NCBI GenBank assembly: GCA_963665275.2 | Contig: CAXXIN010000018.1 | Span: forward strand, 64,001-128,000 | Direction of reading: 5' to 3' | Source: Negativicutes bacterium | Lineage (GTDB): Bacteria; Bacillota; Negativicutes; UBA1444 | Length of the DNA stretch: 64,000 bases | Part shown: one piece after another, positions 19,566 to 30,112 of the stretch | How positions within the stretch are numbered: the first letter of the stretch is position 1 | Layout: every line of letters begins with the position of its first letter | Made by a program: the position numbers and the translations under genes | Notes under the pieces: generated by a model | What the model was told of the DNA's origin: nothing | The model's input: only the letters and a program-made list of their open reading frames with translations | Databases searched by the model: none

Positions 19566-20930
19566 ATGGGCGCAGCCCCAATTCTTGATCATCGGCAACA
19601 GTCCATAATTCAAAAAGGTCGGAAGAAACAAACCATCCGCTGCGAAGCCGACAGTGAAGCCGGCTGTGTGAGCCAACGCGCCTGCGTCTATTGTGGCGCA
19701 CGGGTGGTGCTGAACCCGGTGGCTGACGCCCTGCATCTTGTGCATGGGCCCATAGGTTGCGCCAGCTATACCTGGGATATTCGCGGCAGCCTGAATAGTG
19801 GCGCCGATTTGTATCGGAACAGCTTTTGCACAGATCTGAAAGAGCACGATATCATTTTCGGCGGCGAAAAAAAGCTGACTGCCGCGCTGGATGAGCTGAT
19901 TCCCCAGTTTCAACCGCCACTGGTTTTCGTCTACTCCACTTGTGTGGTCGGCGTTATCGGTGATGATCTGGAAGCTGTTTGCAAAGCGGCTGCCGCCAAA
20001 TTTGGAATTCCAGTGATGCCAGTCCAGTCCAGCGGTTTCATCGGCAGCAAGTCTGCAGGGTATCGGGCAGCCTGTGATGTATTATTTCGCATTATTGAAG
20101 CACCTGTAGCAGGGCAGGGAATAAATTCCCGTCCCCGCCTGAATTATCTGGGCGATTTCAATTTGGCCGGAGAAGCATGGATTATCCGCAGCTATCTGAA
20201 GCGAATCGGAGTCGATGTGAATGTGGTGTTTACTGGCGACTCCCGCTATGAAGAAATTCGAGGAGCCGCCAATGCCAGCCTGAACATCATTCAGTGCGCC
20301 GGATCCATGCATTATTTGGCGGGCAAGCTGGACGAAGCCTATGGGATTCCCTGTCTGTCAGTATCGTTTTTGGGCCTTGATGATACCGCCGAGTCCCTGC
20401 GGGCGATTGCCTTGCATTTCAATAACGCAGAGGTTATTCGTCGCGTGGAGGAACTGATTGCCGAAGAACGCACACGGGTGATGCCAAAGATTCAACGATA
20501 CCGAGAACTTTTGCAGGGCCGAAAAGCGGCTGTCTATGTTGGCGGCGGGTTCAAGGCGATCTCTCTCATCAAACAGTTCCGTGAGATCGGGATGGAAGTC
20601 GTGATGATCGGCACCCAGACCGGACGGAAGGAAGAGTATGAAAAGATGGATACGTTGGTGGAAGAAGGCGCGGTCATCATGGATGACGCCAATCCGGCGG
20701 AGCTGGAGAGGTTTTTGCTGGAGCAGGGGGCGGATCTCCTCGTCGGCGGCGTCAAGGAGAGGCCGCTCGCATATAAATTGGGAGTCGCTTTTGTTGACCA
20801 TAATCATGATCGCAAACATCCGCTCAGCGGGTATGCGGGCGCAGTAAATTTCGCCGCCGAGGTTTATTCAACGTTGGGTTCGCCAGTTTGGAACGCAGTG
20901 AAAGGGGGCGCTATTCATGCTTCTACATAG
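19566..20930 (+). CDS. nifE: FeMo-cofactor scaffold NifE
   Basis: SQRACVYCGAR, HGPIGCASYTW, STCVVGVIGDD and NHDR; ATG after GGAGGTG. Confidence 0.94.
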   Translation: MGAAPILDHRQQSIIQKGRKKQTIRCEADSEAGCVSQRACVYCGARVVLNPVADALHLVHGPIGCASYTWDIRGSLNSGADLYRNSFCTDLKEHDIIFGGEKKLTAALDELIPQFQPPLVFVYSTCVVGVIGDDLEAVCKAAAAKFGIPVMPVQSSGFIGSKSAGYRAACDVLFRIIEAPVAGQGINSRPRLNYLGDFNLAGEAWIIRSYLKRIGVDVNVVFTGDSRYEEIRGAANASLNIIQCAGSMHYLAGKLDEAYGIPCLSVSFLGLDDTAESLRAIALHFNNAEVIRRVEELIAEERTRVMPKIQRYRELLQGRKAAVYVGGGFKAISLIKQFREIGMEVVMIGTQTGRKEEYEKMDTLVEEGAVIMDDANPAELERFLLEQGADLLVGGVKERPLAYKLGVAFVDHNHDRKHPLSGYAGAVNFAAEVYSTLGSPVWNAVKGGAIHAST

Positions 20931-22299
20931 TCGGGATTTATCCCAAAACCCTTGTCACATGTGTATGCCGATGGGCGGAATTCTGGCGTTGAAAGGTGTG
21001 GAAGGTTCCATGTCACTGCTCCACGGATCACAAGGTTGCAGTACTTATATGCGTCGCCATATTGCTGAACATTTTAATGAACCGGTAGATGTAGCTTCCT
21101 CGTCACTGAATGAAAAAGGGACAGTATATGGGGGGCAGGAAAATCTAAAAAAAGCGATGGACAATGTGAGGCGGGTTTATAAACCGGCACTCATAGGAAT
21201 CCTCACAACTTGTCTGGCAGAGACCATCGGTGAAGATATTCGGAGAATTGCCCTTGAATATCAACGGGAAACTGAGTGCGAATGCCGGATCGTTACGGCT
21301 TCCACACCGGGTTATGGCGGTACACACACGGAAGGGTACTGGAGTACGCTGCGCGAGTTATTGTCGCAGATGACTGTTCCAACTGAATCGCACGCCAAGA
21401 TCAACATCATTGTGCCTGCCGCCCTTAGCCCGGCGGATTTGCGTGAAATAAAACGCTGGCTTGACCTGTTCGATGCGAGCTATACGCTGTTGCCGGATAT
21501 CAGCGAAACGATGGATCGGCCTTATGGGCCTGCATATGGGAAAATTTCCGAGGGTGGGACTTCGCTTACCGACATAGAGCAGATGGGCGGAGCTCGTATA
21601 ACACTGGAACTGGGTGGACCTGTCGATGATAAAATGTCTCCGGGCGCATGGCTGGAAGTCAACCATAATGTGCCACTGGTGAAACTGCCGGTTCCGATTG
21701 GATTAGCTAACACAGATCTTTTTTTTCAAGCTTTGACTTCTGTGACAGGAAAAAACGTTCCCGCAATATTGCAACGGGAACGAGGACTGCTGATGGATGC
21801 CATGATCGATGCCCACAAGTTTTCGTTCCAGATAAGGCCGGCATTATTCGGCGATCCGGAAATGGTGTATGCCCTTACCGGTTTCTGCGCTGAAAACGGC
21901 ATGTTTCCCCGCGTGGTGGCTACAGGTGGCGGGAGTGTAGGCTGGCGGGAAAAAGTTCGGCTGTTGGTGTCCGGCAGTTTGGATCCGGCTTGGGTCATGG
22001 AGGAAACCGATATGGCCAAGGTGCTGGATCAGAGTAAAATTGCCGAGGTTAATCTGGCAATAGGTCCCTCCGTCGGTCGTTATCTTGAAGAGAATGCCGA
22101 TATTCCCCTCGTCCGAATTGGCTTTCCCATTCAGGATCGACTCGGAGCGCAGCGAATTTTGTCGGTGGGGTATACCGGAACGGCCTTGTTGTTGGATAAA
22201 GCAGTTAACACCATTTTAGAGCGGAAACATAAAACTTATCGTCAGGATCTATTTGAAGCATACTATGAGAACAAGGAGGCGGCGTGCCATGTCCTGTAA
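20917..22299 (+). CDS. nifN: FeMo-cofactor scaffold NifN
   Basis: NPCHMCMPMG, HGSQGCSTYMRRH, TTCLAETIGED and GFPIQDRLG. Confidence 0.93.
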   Translation: MLLHSRDLSQNPCHMCMPMGGILALKGVEGSMSLLHGSQGCSTYMRRHIAEHFNEPVDVASSSLNEKGTVYGGQENLKKAMDNVRRVYKPALIGILTTCLAETIGEDIRRIALEYQRETECECRIVTASTPGYGGTHTEGYWSTLRELLSQMTVPTESHAKINIIVPAALSPADLREIKRWLDLFDASYTLLPDISETMDRPYGPAYGKISEGGTSLTDIEQMGGARITLELGGPVDDKMSPGAWLEVNHNVPLVKLPVPIGLANTDLFFQALTSVTGKNVPAILQRERGLLMDAMIDAHKFSFQIRPALFGDPEMVYALTGFCAENGMFPRVVATGGGSVGWREKVRLLVSGSLDPAWVMEETDMAKVLDQSKIAEVNLAIGPSVGRYLEENADIPLVRIGFPIQDRLGAQRILSVGYTGTALLLDKAVNTILERKHKTYRQDLFEAYYENKEAACHVL

Positions 22300-23557
22300 T
22301 GAAAAGGAACTTCTTGCATCCAGACACCCCTGTTATTCGGCCCAGTCCCAGCACAAATTCGCCCGGATGCATCTGCCGGTGGCGCCCGCGTGCAATATCC
22401 AGTGCAATTACTGTAACCGATTGTATGACTGTGTCAATGAAAGCCGCCCTGGTGTTACCAGTGAAATTTTGACGCCGGAGCAGGCGCTGACGAAGATCGG
22501 AGTTGTGCAATCCCGACTGGATAATCTGGCGGTGATTGGCATCGCTGGGCCTGGTGATGCTCTTGCCAACTGGGAAAAGACCCGGGCCACCCTAGTTGGA
22601 ATCAGGGAGAATTACCCTGAGCTGATTCCCTGTTTGTCGACAAACGGGTTACTGTTACCGCAATATGCGGAAGAGTTGGTTAAACTTGGGGTAGGGCATG
22701 TGACGGTTACCGTTAATTCGATTGATCCAGTCCTCAGTGAAAAAATTTATTCGTATATCGAGTGGGAAGGCCTCCGTCTAAAAGGACCGGCCGCCATGCA
22801 AAAACTATTGGACAATCAAATGGCCGGGATTATGATTTTAGCCAAACACGACATTATGATCAAAGTGAACATTGTCATGATTCCGGGCATCAATGAATCA
22901 CATATTCCGGAAGTGGTTGCAGCTGTCAAGGAGGCCGGAGCTTCACTGACCAATATCATGCCCTTGATACCGGCCTCCGGTAGCGGTTTTGCCCATTTGC
23001 CGCAGACTAGTAACCGTGACGTAGCCGCCATGCGTGATGCATGTCAGACGATGTTGCCGCAGATGCGACATTGCCGGCAGTGCCGTGCCGATGCGATCGG
23101 GCTACTGGCGCAAGATCGGTCGGCGGAATTCCGCGAAATACCGGCCTGTCCAAGTGGCGGATGCGGTGGTAAAAAAACTGCAGAAGAGGTTAATGCCGGA
23201 AGCTATAAGTACCGTGTGGCAGTAACGTCGAAGTATGAAAAAATGGTTGATCAGCATTTCGGACATGCGGAACGTTTCCTCATTTATGAGACGGATGGAA
23301 TCCGAAGCTCCTTACTTGAGCGACGTGATGCCTTGAAATATTGTAGCGGAAATGATTACTGCGAAAGCGAAGAGGATTCCAAACAAGAGACGGTGCGAAA
23401 ATTGGCCGATTGCGCGGCCGTTGTCACGATGCGAATTGGAAATCAGGCCAAGGAAAGATTGTTGACTCAAGGAATCCTGGCGGTGGAAGCTTGCAATGAA
23501 ATATCGGCGGGCTTGGCCATGGCAGTAAAGCAATTAATTCTCAAGAAAGCCGGTTGA
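22289..23557 (+). CDS. nifB: Radical SAM FeMo-cofactor biosynthesis protein NifB with NifX-like C-terminal domain
   Basis: HPCYS, CNIQCNYC, ESRPG, AGPGD, CRQCRADA and VDQHFGHAE; ATG after AAGGAGG. Confidence 0.96.
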   Translation: MSCNEKELLASRHPCYSAQSQHKFARMHLPVAPACNIQCNYCNRLYDCVNESRPGVTSEILTPEQALTKIGVVQSRLDNLAVIGIAGPGDALANWEKTRATLVGIRENYPELIPCLSTNGLLLPQYAEELVKLGVGHVTVTVNSIDPVLSEKIYSYIEWEGLRLKGPAAMQKLLDNQMAGIMILAKHDIMIKVNIVMIPGINESHIPEVVAAVKEAGASLTNIMPLIPASGSGFAHLPQTSNRDVAAMRDACQTMLPQMRHCRQCRADAIGLLAQDRSAEFREIPACPSGGCGGKKTAEEVNAGSYKYRVAVTSKYEKMVDQHFGHAERFLIYETDGIRSSLLERRDALKYCSGNDYCESEEDSKQETVRKLADCAAVVTMRIGNQAKERLLTQGILAVEACNEISAGLAMAVKQLILKKAG

Positions 23558-23579
23558 AAAATGGAAAGGGGGATATGTT

Positions 23580-23891
23580 GTGAATAAACCGACACGCCAT
23601 ATTTTTGTCTGCACCAGTTCGCGCGCAAATGGTCAACAAAAGGGCTTTTGTCATACCAAAGAGGGGGTTGCCGTAGTTGGCAAATTCATCGAAGAATTGG
23701 AAGAACGAGGATTATCCGGTGAAGTCATGGTTTCGAACACCGGTTGTTTCGGACTATGCGAAAAAGGACCGATTGTGGTTGTTTATCCCGATAACGTGTG
23801 GTACGGCAGTGTGACTCTTGACGACGTTGAAACCATTATGGAAGAGCATATCGAAGGCGGGAAAATTGCAGAAAAATTGCAGATTGGGTAG
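23580..23891 (+). CDS. Thioredoxin-like [2Fe-2S] ferredoxin, nif-associated
   Basis: HIFVCTS..R....KGFC, TGCFGLCEKGP and VYPDNVWY. Confidence 0.9.
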   Translation: MNKPTRHIFVCTSSRANGQQKGFCHTKEGVAVVGKFIEELEERGLSGEVMVSNTGCFGLCEKGPIVVVYPDNVWYGSVTLDDVETIMEEHIEGGKIAEKLQIG

Positions 23892-23915
23892 CTAAGCGCA
23901 AGGGAGGTGACACAC

Positions 23916-24545
23916 ATGGCGAAGGAAATCGCGGCTTTTGTGGACAAAAATGGGATCGCGACTCTTTTGTCTACGGCTTGCTGTCTGCAAGTCTATCGAA
24001 AGCAGGAAGGCAGTTGGCGTAAAGAGCGAAATTCGGCAGTAGCCTTGGGCGAAGCTCGGGGGCTGGGGGAACTGCGGAACCAAATGGCTGAAATCGTCGA
24101 ATTTCTGGGTTCTTGTGATACGGTTGTGGCGGAAGGTTTCCAGGGCGCCGCTTTGCACGCCTTGGAAAAAGCCAACGTGGGGATGTGGGAAATAACCGGC
24201 CGGCCTGAAGCTTCCTTCGACAGCCTTTTAGCGGAAGAGGAAGCTATTACTCATACGAATGATGAACCGGCGAGGATGCCGTTTCCTGTTTTGGAAAACA
24301 AGGGTGATGGGCGGGCGTATATCTCCATTGTCGATGTTCAGCGCAGCGGCGGTGGTCTCACCTCCAAACAAGTACTGCTGCCCATTTTGCATCAGGGAGC
24401 GTTTAAGGAACTTGAGATTTTATGTGCGCATCTTCCTCCCTGGTTGGAGGCTGAGGCAGCCAGTCGCCAATGGCGATGCACAACCCACAAGACGACGGAC
24501 CAACAGGTTATGATTACGATAACGGTTGCGGATCTGAAGTCGTGA
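23916..24545 (+). CDS. AnfO-family nitrogenase accessory protein
   Basis: IAAFVDKNG, ELRNQM....FLGSC, LTSKQVLLP and LEILCAHLPPWLE resemble the AnfO family. Confidence 0.7.
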   Translation: MAKEIAAFVDKNGIATLLSTACCLQVYRKQEGSWRKERNSAVALGEARGLGELRNQMAEIVEFLGSCDTVVAEGFQGAALHALEKANVGMWEITGRPEASFDSLLAEEEAITHTNDEPARMPFPVLENKGDGRAYISIVDVQRSGGGLTSKQVLLPILHQGAFKELEILCAHLPPWLEAEAASRQWRCTTHKTTDQQVMITITVADLKS

Positions 24546-24578
24546 GCTGCTGTGTGGGTGCGATTTGCTAATTTTTCC

Positions 24579-24642
24579 AAAAACCTAAAAGCGTTGTCTC
24601 AAAACAGGTTTGCCCTGATTGAAACAACGCTTTTAGGTTTTT
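24579..24642. terminator. Bidirectional terminator at the end of the nif cluster
   Basis: AAAAACCTAAAAGCGTTGT...ACAACGCTTTTAGGTTTTT inverted repeat between convergent genes. Confidence 0.85.
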
Positions 24643-24668
24643 ATGGATTCGGAATTTGAAAGGCGATC

Positions 24669-25829
24669 TCAATCCTTGTCGCGCGACTGCGTCAGGGATT
24701 GACAGATACGTTCTATGCCGATTCGGATATCTTCTTCACTGGCAGCCAGACTGACACGAACATATTGTTTCATACTTGAGCCAAATGCCGTTCCAGGTGC
24801 GGTCGCAACGTGCGTGTCATTTAACAATTGTATGGCAATTTTGCTGGCATCTGTTCCTAAACGTTCCACATTAACCATCAAGTAGAAAGCTCCGCTGGGA
24901 GTATATTCATACAGCCCGTATCGGCGTAATATATCTACGGCAATATCACGTCGTTTCTGATAGGCCTGTTTCATGGTTTCGACGGCATCATAGGGGTTTC
25001 GGAGAGCAGCGATAGCTGCCTTTTGAGTAATAGAGCTTGCACAGGAAACCAGGGATTCCTGCAATTTTGTTATGACCTCTGAAATGTGGACGGGAGCGAT
25101 AACATAACCAAATCGCCAACCAGTCATTGCATGACTTTTTGACAACCCATAAATGGCCAGGACACGATCATCAACATCGATACTTTTGAGGCTGAAATGA
25201 CTGCCCTCAAAAACGAATTCCTCGTAAATCTCATCGCTGATGATATATAAGTCGTACTTGCTGGACAGCGAGTAGATGCTTTCGAGTAAACTGCGAGGAA
25301 ATACAGCGCCGGTTGGATTAGCAGGACTATTAATAACGATGAGCTTGGTGCGGTTGGTAATCAAACTTTCTATTTCTGACAAGTCTGGTAAAAAATTATT
25401 TTCCGGCTTTAGGTGGTAAGGAACGGTTGTTGCCCCAAGAAAATTAACCATGGATTTCGGATTATGCCAACTCGGGTCCGGCAAGAGTACTTCATCGCCT
25501 GCCTCCACTATAGCCATGACGGCTGAGTCCATTGCGGTTACTGCTCCAGGACACACAGTAAGCTGGTTGCTGGTCGCACGAAATCCATTGCGTTGCCAAA
25601 GCTTATCAAAAATTGCGTCTTGCAAATCGGGAATGCCCCGTGCTGAAGTGTAGGCGGTAAATCCATCTTTAATTGCTTGAATTCCCGCGTTGCCGACATA
25701 TTCAGGTGTCGAAAAATTCGGTTGCCCTACTTCTAGATGGATACAATTTGGAATTTTCCATGCCAGATCCATGATTTCACGAATTTCGAAAGGAGGCATT
25801 GCAGCCGCCCGTGTGGAAATTGGTTTCAT
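24669..25829 (-). CDS. PLP-dependent class I/II aminotransferase (aspartate aminotransferase-like)
   Basis: LEVGQPNF, NSPANPTG, SDEIYE, SKSHAMTGWRFG and PGTAFG. Confidence 0.92.
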   Translation of the reverse strand: MKPISTRAAAMPPFEIREIMDLAWKIPNCIHLEVGQPNFSTPEYVGNAGIQAIKDGFTAYTSARGIPDLQDAIFDKLWQRNGFRATSNQLTVCPGAVTAMDSAVMAIVEAGDEVLLPDPSWHNPKSMVNFLGATTVPYHLKPENNFLPDLSEIESLITNRTKLIVINSPANPTGAVFPRSLLESIYSLSSKYDLYIISDEIYEEFVFEGSHFSLKSIDVDDRVLAIYGLSKSHAMTGWRFGYVIAPVHISEVITKLQESLVSCASSITQKAAIAALRNPYDAVETMKQAYQKRRDIAVDILRRYGLYEYTPSGAFYLMVNVERLGTDASKIAIQLLNDTHVATAPGTAFGSSMKQYVRVSLAASEEDIRIGIERICQSLTQSRDKD

Positions 25830-25869
25830 AATGTTCCTCCCTTATGATGCAAGTCGCCTTGACTGATAA

Positions 25870-25934
25870 TCAATAAAGGCGCTATGGAATCGTTCCCAAA
25901 GCGCCTTTGCTAGTAACTACTTTAGCATACTGCT
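25870..25934 (-). promoter_or_regulatory. ANTAR-like hairpin overlapping a terminator in the aminotransferase leader
   Basis: Minus-strand AGC-AAAGGC-GCT (25900-25911) overlaps the stem AAAGGCGCT/AGCGCCTTT; an upstream mini-hairpin AGC-AGTAT-GCT lies at 25924-25934. Confidence 0.6.
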
Positions 25935-26071
25935 TGTAGAATATCAATGTTCGAAGGATTAGATTTAGAACTATATAGCAGAGAACGAAATGAGATTGCG
26001 AAAATATAAATGTATCTCGTACGTACTGTTCCTTAACCATTATTCACCCAAAGATAAAACAGCGAAAAGCT

Positions 26072-26218
26072 AATGCTGCACTGGGTTACGATGCGACCTA
26101 TTTAACGGCTGATGCCATCAAACGTGCTGGTTCTGCTGAGCCTGAGAAAATTCACGAGGTACTAGTCGCTACCAAATTGAGCTCAAAGGCGGAAAATAGG
26201 TGTTCCGCGAAACAGTGA
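26072..26218 (+). pseudogene. Remnant of a LivJ/LivK-like ABC substrate-binding protein (C-terminal part)
   Basis: Reads NAALGYDATYLTADAIKRAGSAEPEKIHEVLVATK; no start codon or RBS. Confidence 0.7.
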
Positions 26219-26265
26219 TACCCTAATATTTTTATTATAAGTTGCCGCGATAAAGGATCTGTCTG

Positions 26266-27387
26266 TTATGCTACTTCCACCCGATCCCGTCCATTGTTCT
26301 TCGCTCGATAAAGGGTTTCATCAGACCGTGCCAGAACCTCATCGAAGTTTGCATCGCCTGAGCGAACCTGAGTGACCCCAATGCTGACAGTGATGCGGTG
26401 TGATTTCGAGTCGGAAAAAGAAATGCTATGACATGCCCGGCGTAACCGTACGGCAATGTCAGTTGCCCCAGACAGACTGGTTTCGGGAAGCAACAGCGCG
26501 AATTCTTCCCCCCCGAGGCGACCAAAGATATCGGTATCCCTTTTTCCCTGATTGATAGTGTTAGCGAGCTCTTTGAGAACTTTGTCACCAACCGGATGTC
26601 CGAATTGGTCGTTAACCCGTTTGAAGTGATCAAGGTCAAGCATCAACACCGAGAAAGGTCGCTTGTATCGAGCAAACCTCTCAAATTCGGCTTCGGCAGC
26701 CTGGTAAAAGTGCCGTCGGTTCGAGACGCCAGTCAATTGATCTACTAATGCGTTTTGGATGAGGTCTTTGCGCAATTCTGCTGCACGAACCTGGGCTTCA
26801 TATTGTTGACGACGGTGCGAGTAAAACCGGGTCGATGCCCAAATGCCAAGAACGTTGGACATGACCAACGAAACGGTGATAATGGTGAGAATGGGGCCGG
26901 AGAGAGGTTCCGGCTGTGAAAAATGTTCGATGACATTGGCAATGCTGAAGATCGCAGAGGGAATAACCCGAAAGAGCAACTGATTTGGTACCAACATGTA
27001 CACACTGAATAAAATCAGATAATCCATGCCGGCAGTATGGGCATGGATTTCAGGGTGTAAATGATTGATCCAAAAGACGCTTGCCAGCACCAGGGAGGAT
27101 GTGATAAGGATCAAATAATCATAAGTTTCTGGACGTTTAACCCAACGCAGTAACGCGAATATGCCGGAAAGTGTGGCGAATAGAAAAAGCCTGATTGCGA
27201 ACAGTGTTTGAAATAACGGTAGATTGGCGTACAAGAGGTAATCCGTATAAATGAACAGAAGGTTCGGTATTAGCCACAGGCTGCCGACAATAATTCCTTG
27301 TCGGATATCCTGGGGCAGATAATGCCTGCGGTATGAATTTTCAAGTTCCCCAAGTGGGTATTCCGCAGCCAAAAATTTTGCAATCAT
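26266..27387 (-). CDS. Membrane-anchored diguanylate cyclase
   Basis: About 6 TM helices, then DQLTGVSNRR, DLDHFKRVND, RxxD (RDTD) and GGEEF. Confidence 0.92.
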   Translation of the reverse strand: MIAKFLAAEYPLGELENSYRRHYLPQDIRQGIIVGSLWLIPNLLFIYTDYLLYANLPLFQTLFAIRLFLFATLSGIFALLRWVKRPETYDYLILITSSLVLASVFWINHLHPEIHAHTAGMDYLILFSVYMLVPNQLLFRVIPSAIFSIANVIEHFSQPEPLSGPILTIITVSLVMSNVLGIWASTRFYSHRRQQYEAQVRAAELRKDLIQNALVDQLTGVSNRRHFYQAAEAEFERFARYKRPFSVLMLDLDHFKRVNDQFGHPVGDKVLKELANTINQGKRDTDIFGRLGGEEFALLLPETSLSGATDIAVRLRRACHSISFSDSKSHRITVSIGVTQVRSGDANFDEVLARSDETLYRAKNNGRDRVEVA

Positions 27388-27578
27388 TAAAGGCTCCTCA
27401 TTGGAGTAAAATTGGAAAATATATTGAAAGTATTATAACATAAATTACCCCAATGTTCTGGAATGGGGACAGGTAGTTGTAATTTTATGCACAATTATCC
27501 TGCTATGATATAATGAAAACCAAATCACCTTAACGAGAGTTGGAAAAAATTAATAATTGAAAGGCAGGAAAAAAGGCC

Positions 27579-28611
27579 ATGGACTATCGAAAGTTGGGAA
27601 GCACTGGACTGAATGTTTCAGAACTCGGGTTCGGCGGGATTCCGATCTTGCGCCTTGAATCAACAGAAGCCGAACATATCGTACGACACGCCTTTGATAA
27701 AGGCATTAATTTTTTTTGATACCGCTAACGCCTACCGTGACAGCGAAGGAAAAATGGGACGCACTTTTGAAGGATTGCGGCAAAACGTTGTTATCGCGAC
27801 CAAAACCATGCGGCGGGATGCACAAGGCGCATCTGAGCACTTGGAGCAAAGTCTGCGTATGCTGCGAACCGATTACATTGACATTTATCAGCTGCATCAG
27901 GTAGCGCAGGAAAATGTTTGGGATATTATCTCTGCCCCCGGAGGCGCACTCGAAGTGCTGCAAAAAGCTAAAGAAGCTGGGAAAATCCGTTTTTTGGGTA
28001 TTACATCCCACAGTCGTCCAATGGCGATCAAACTTATTCAAACCGGATTATTCAGTACCATTCAGTTTCCCTTCAATTTTATTGAAGAAGCCGCCAAGGA
28101 TGACTTGCATCCGGAAGCACGCCGTCTGGGTATGGGGATCTTGGCAATGAAGCCCTTCGCAGGGGGGGTTATCGATAATGCGACCGTGGCGTTCAAATAT
28201 TTGCGACAGTTTTCAGATGTACTTGCGTTGCCCGGCTTTGACTCAGTGGCGGCAGTCGATGAAGTGGTGTCTTTTTATGATGCGGCCAACGAGGTCAACG
28301 CTGACGATGAGGCAAAAATGGAGATCTATCGGCGCGAGTTGGGACAGCAGTTCTGTCGGCGCTGCGAATACTGTCAGCCCTGTCCGCAGGGAGTGATGAT
28401 TACGCCGGCAATGGGATATCAAGTGGCTGCACGCCGCATGTCGCCCCAAGTTGCAGTGGAATTTTCCCGCACACCCATGGAAACGGTGCCTCAATGCATT
28501 GAATGTGGTCTTTGTCTCCAACGTTGCCCTTACAATCTACCCATTCCAACGATGCTGAAAAAACACTATGCAATGTGGGAGGCGCACTGCAAGCAAATAT
28601 ATGACAAGTAA
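27579..28611 (+). CDS. Aldo/keto reductase with C-terminal 4Fe-4S dicluster, split by a +1 frameshift at T8 27710-27717
   Basis: ATG 27579 gives MDYRKLGSTGLNVSELGFGGIPI...GINFF; the other frame continues DTANAY, YIDIYQLH, MKPFAGG, CRRCEYCQPCP and CIECGLC..RCP. Confidence 0.85.
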
Positions 28612-28613
28612 TG

Positions 28614-29079
28614 TTATGCGTTTTCCATTCCCAGATTGAGCTGAATGAGGTGTCCATCAGCCAGCATCTCAATCACCAGGAACTTCTCATGTAGTAGTCG
28701 CGTTCGGAAATCAGCGCCAACGATCAGAGAAGGTGGAGAAATATCAACCTTAATTCCCATTTGTTCGAAGCGAATGGCCGCATTGGCCGTGACCATGTTA
28801 ACCAGTTCTGAAATAGCGCTTTGCGGCAGCTCGTCAAACTGGCTAATTGGCATGCCACCCATCATTGTACTAGCAATGCCTATGGCAGTTTGTTCACTCA
28901 TGTTGTAAGCGACATTGCCACGGATTTCTTTTGTCAGACCAATGATCACTGTGACTCCGAGACTTTCGACCGCATTAGTGCCTACACTGAGTTTTTCCCT
29001 TCTGAATATCGGTGAGGCCAAGCTGCGGGAGAATTTCGCGAAACGCATCGATGACAGGATTAATAAAACGGGCGTCCAT
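28614..29079 (-). CDS. cheX: CheX-family phosphatase, split by a +1 frameshift at the T5 run 28992-28996
   Basis: ATG 29079 gives MDARFINPVIDAFREILPQLG; the downstream frame has SAISELVNM (ExxN) and DISPPS. Confidence 0.82.
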
Positions 29080-29083
29080 TTGG

Positions 29084-29929
29084 TTACTCCTCCGTTATTT
29101 CCATACTCATCAGAAAGGTCCCAATCGGGGTATCGGCCTTGACTGCGAGCATATAATGATTGGGCAGGTTGGAAATCATAAGTTTCTTTCCTTCCAGTAA
29201 ACTGGCTGGCGTAATTCGCAGATCCAGTCCTTTCGAAATCCTATTGGCACGGGAGATGCCCCTGCCGCATACAATGTTGGCCATTTCTGCCAAACAGCCC
29301 AGCGCCTCTTCTGGGGTTGAAGGACGTCCCAATAATACCGTCGCAAAGGCAGCGGCTGTTTCATGCGAAGTGTCCAGAATGACTCGCCCCGTATGCGCGC
29401 CGGTAATGCCGATGATGGCGCAGATCCCGCGAGAATCAAGAGAAGCCGGGGGATTTTCCAAGGCTGTGAAAGTACAGATTTCAGGTTCGAGTGATTTGTT
29501 GAGAAATTCTTCAAAAGACAAATGCAGTTGTTCCAGATAGGGGGGCCACCAGTCCGGTGCAATACGGCTGACCGCCATTTTGATCATCGTGACCAGATCC
29601 TCCCGCGTTGCTGGTTTTTGCAGGAACCATCGAATTCCTAGCAATCGGGCCCGCGTAGTCAACGCTTCATCCTTCATCGAACTGAGGATGACAATGCGAG
29701 CGGCGGGATCACGCAGCAAGATCCGGCGACTGCATTCCAAACCATCCATGTCGGGCATTGTAATATCCATGATGACAACTTCCGGTTTGAGCACGAAATA
29801 TTTGCCGATTCCCTCCTGACCATTGGAAGCCAGTCCGCAAATTTCAAATGCGCTATCGGGCAGTGTCTTTTGTAAGACGGCTTGACTAAATGGCGAATCA
29901 TCGACTATGAGGACCCGTGTTTTGCGCAT
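29084..29929 (-). CDS. CheY-like receiver fused to a CheX-like phosphatase domain
   Basis: VLIVDDS, MDITMPDMDG and FLQKP; C-terminal IIGITG...G, LAEMANIVCG and LRITP. Confidence 0.82.
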   Translation of the reverse strand: MRKTRVLIVDDSPFSQAVLQKTLPDSAFEICGLASNGQEGIGKYFVLKPEVVIMDITMPDMDGLECSRRILLRDPAARIVILSSMKDEALTTRARLLGIRWFLQKPATREDLVTMIKMAVSRIAPDWWPPYLEQLHLSFEEFLNKSLEPEICTFTALENPPASLDSRGICAIIGITGAHTGRVILDTSHETAAAFATVLLGRPSTPEEALGCLAEMANIVCGRGISRANRISKGLDLRITPASLLEGKKLMISNLPNHYMLAVKADTPIGTFLMSMEITEE

Positions 29930-30112
29930 GCTTTTACCTCATTTCAGCTTAAGATTGGTATATTATATTACCTAATTCGTTAGTTTATGCTTTTTTCCTG
30001 CAAGGGCAATTTTTGCGAGGGCGAGGCCGGCGTAGCAGGGAAAAGAAAAATCCTGTCGAAGGTATTCAAAATGTGGTAATTAACCTTATGGGTTTGAATA
30101 GGAGAAGGCCTT

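Noticed and set aside
23916-24545. Evidence for an Fe-only nitrogenase
   Set aside because: No anfG/vnfG between D and K, nifEN are present, and NifD has Mo-type motifs.
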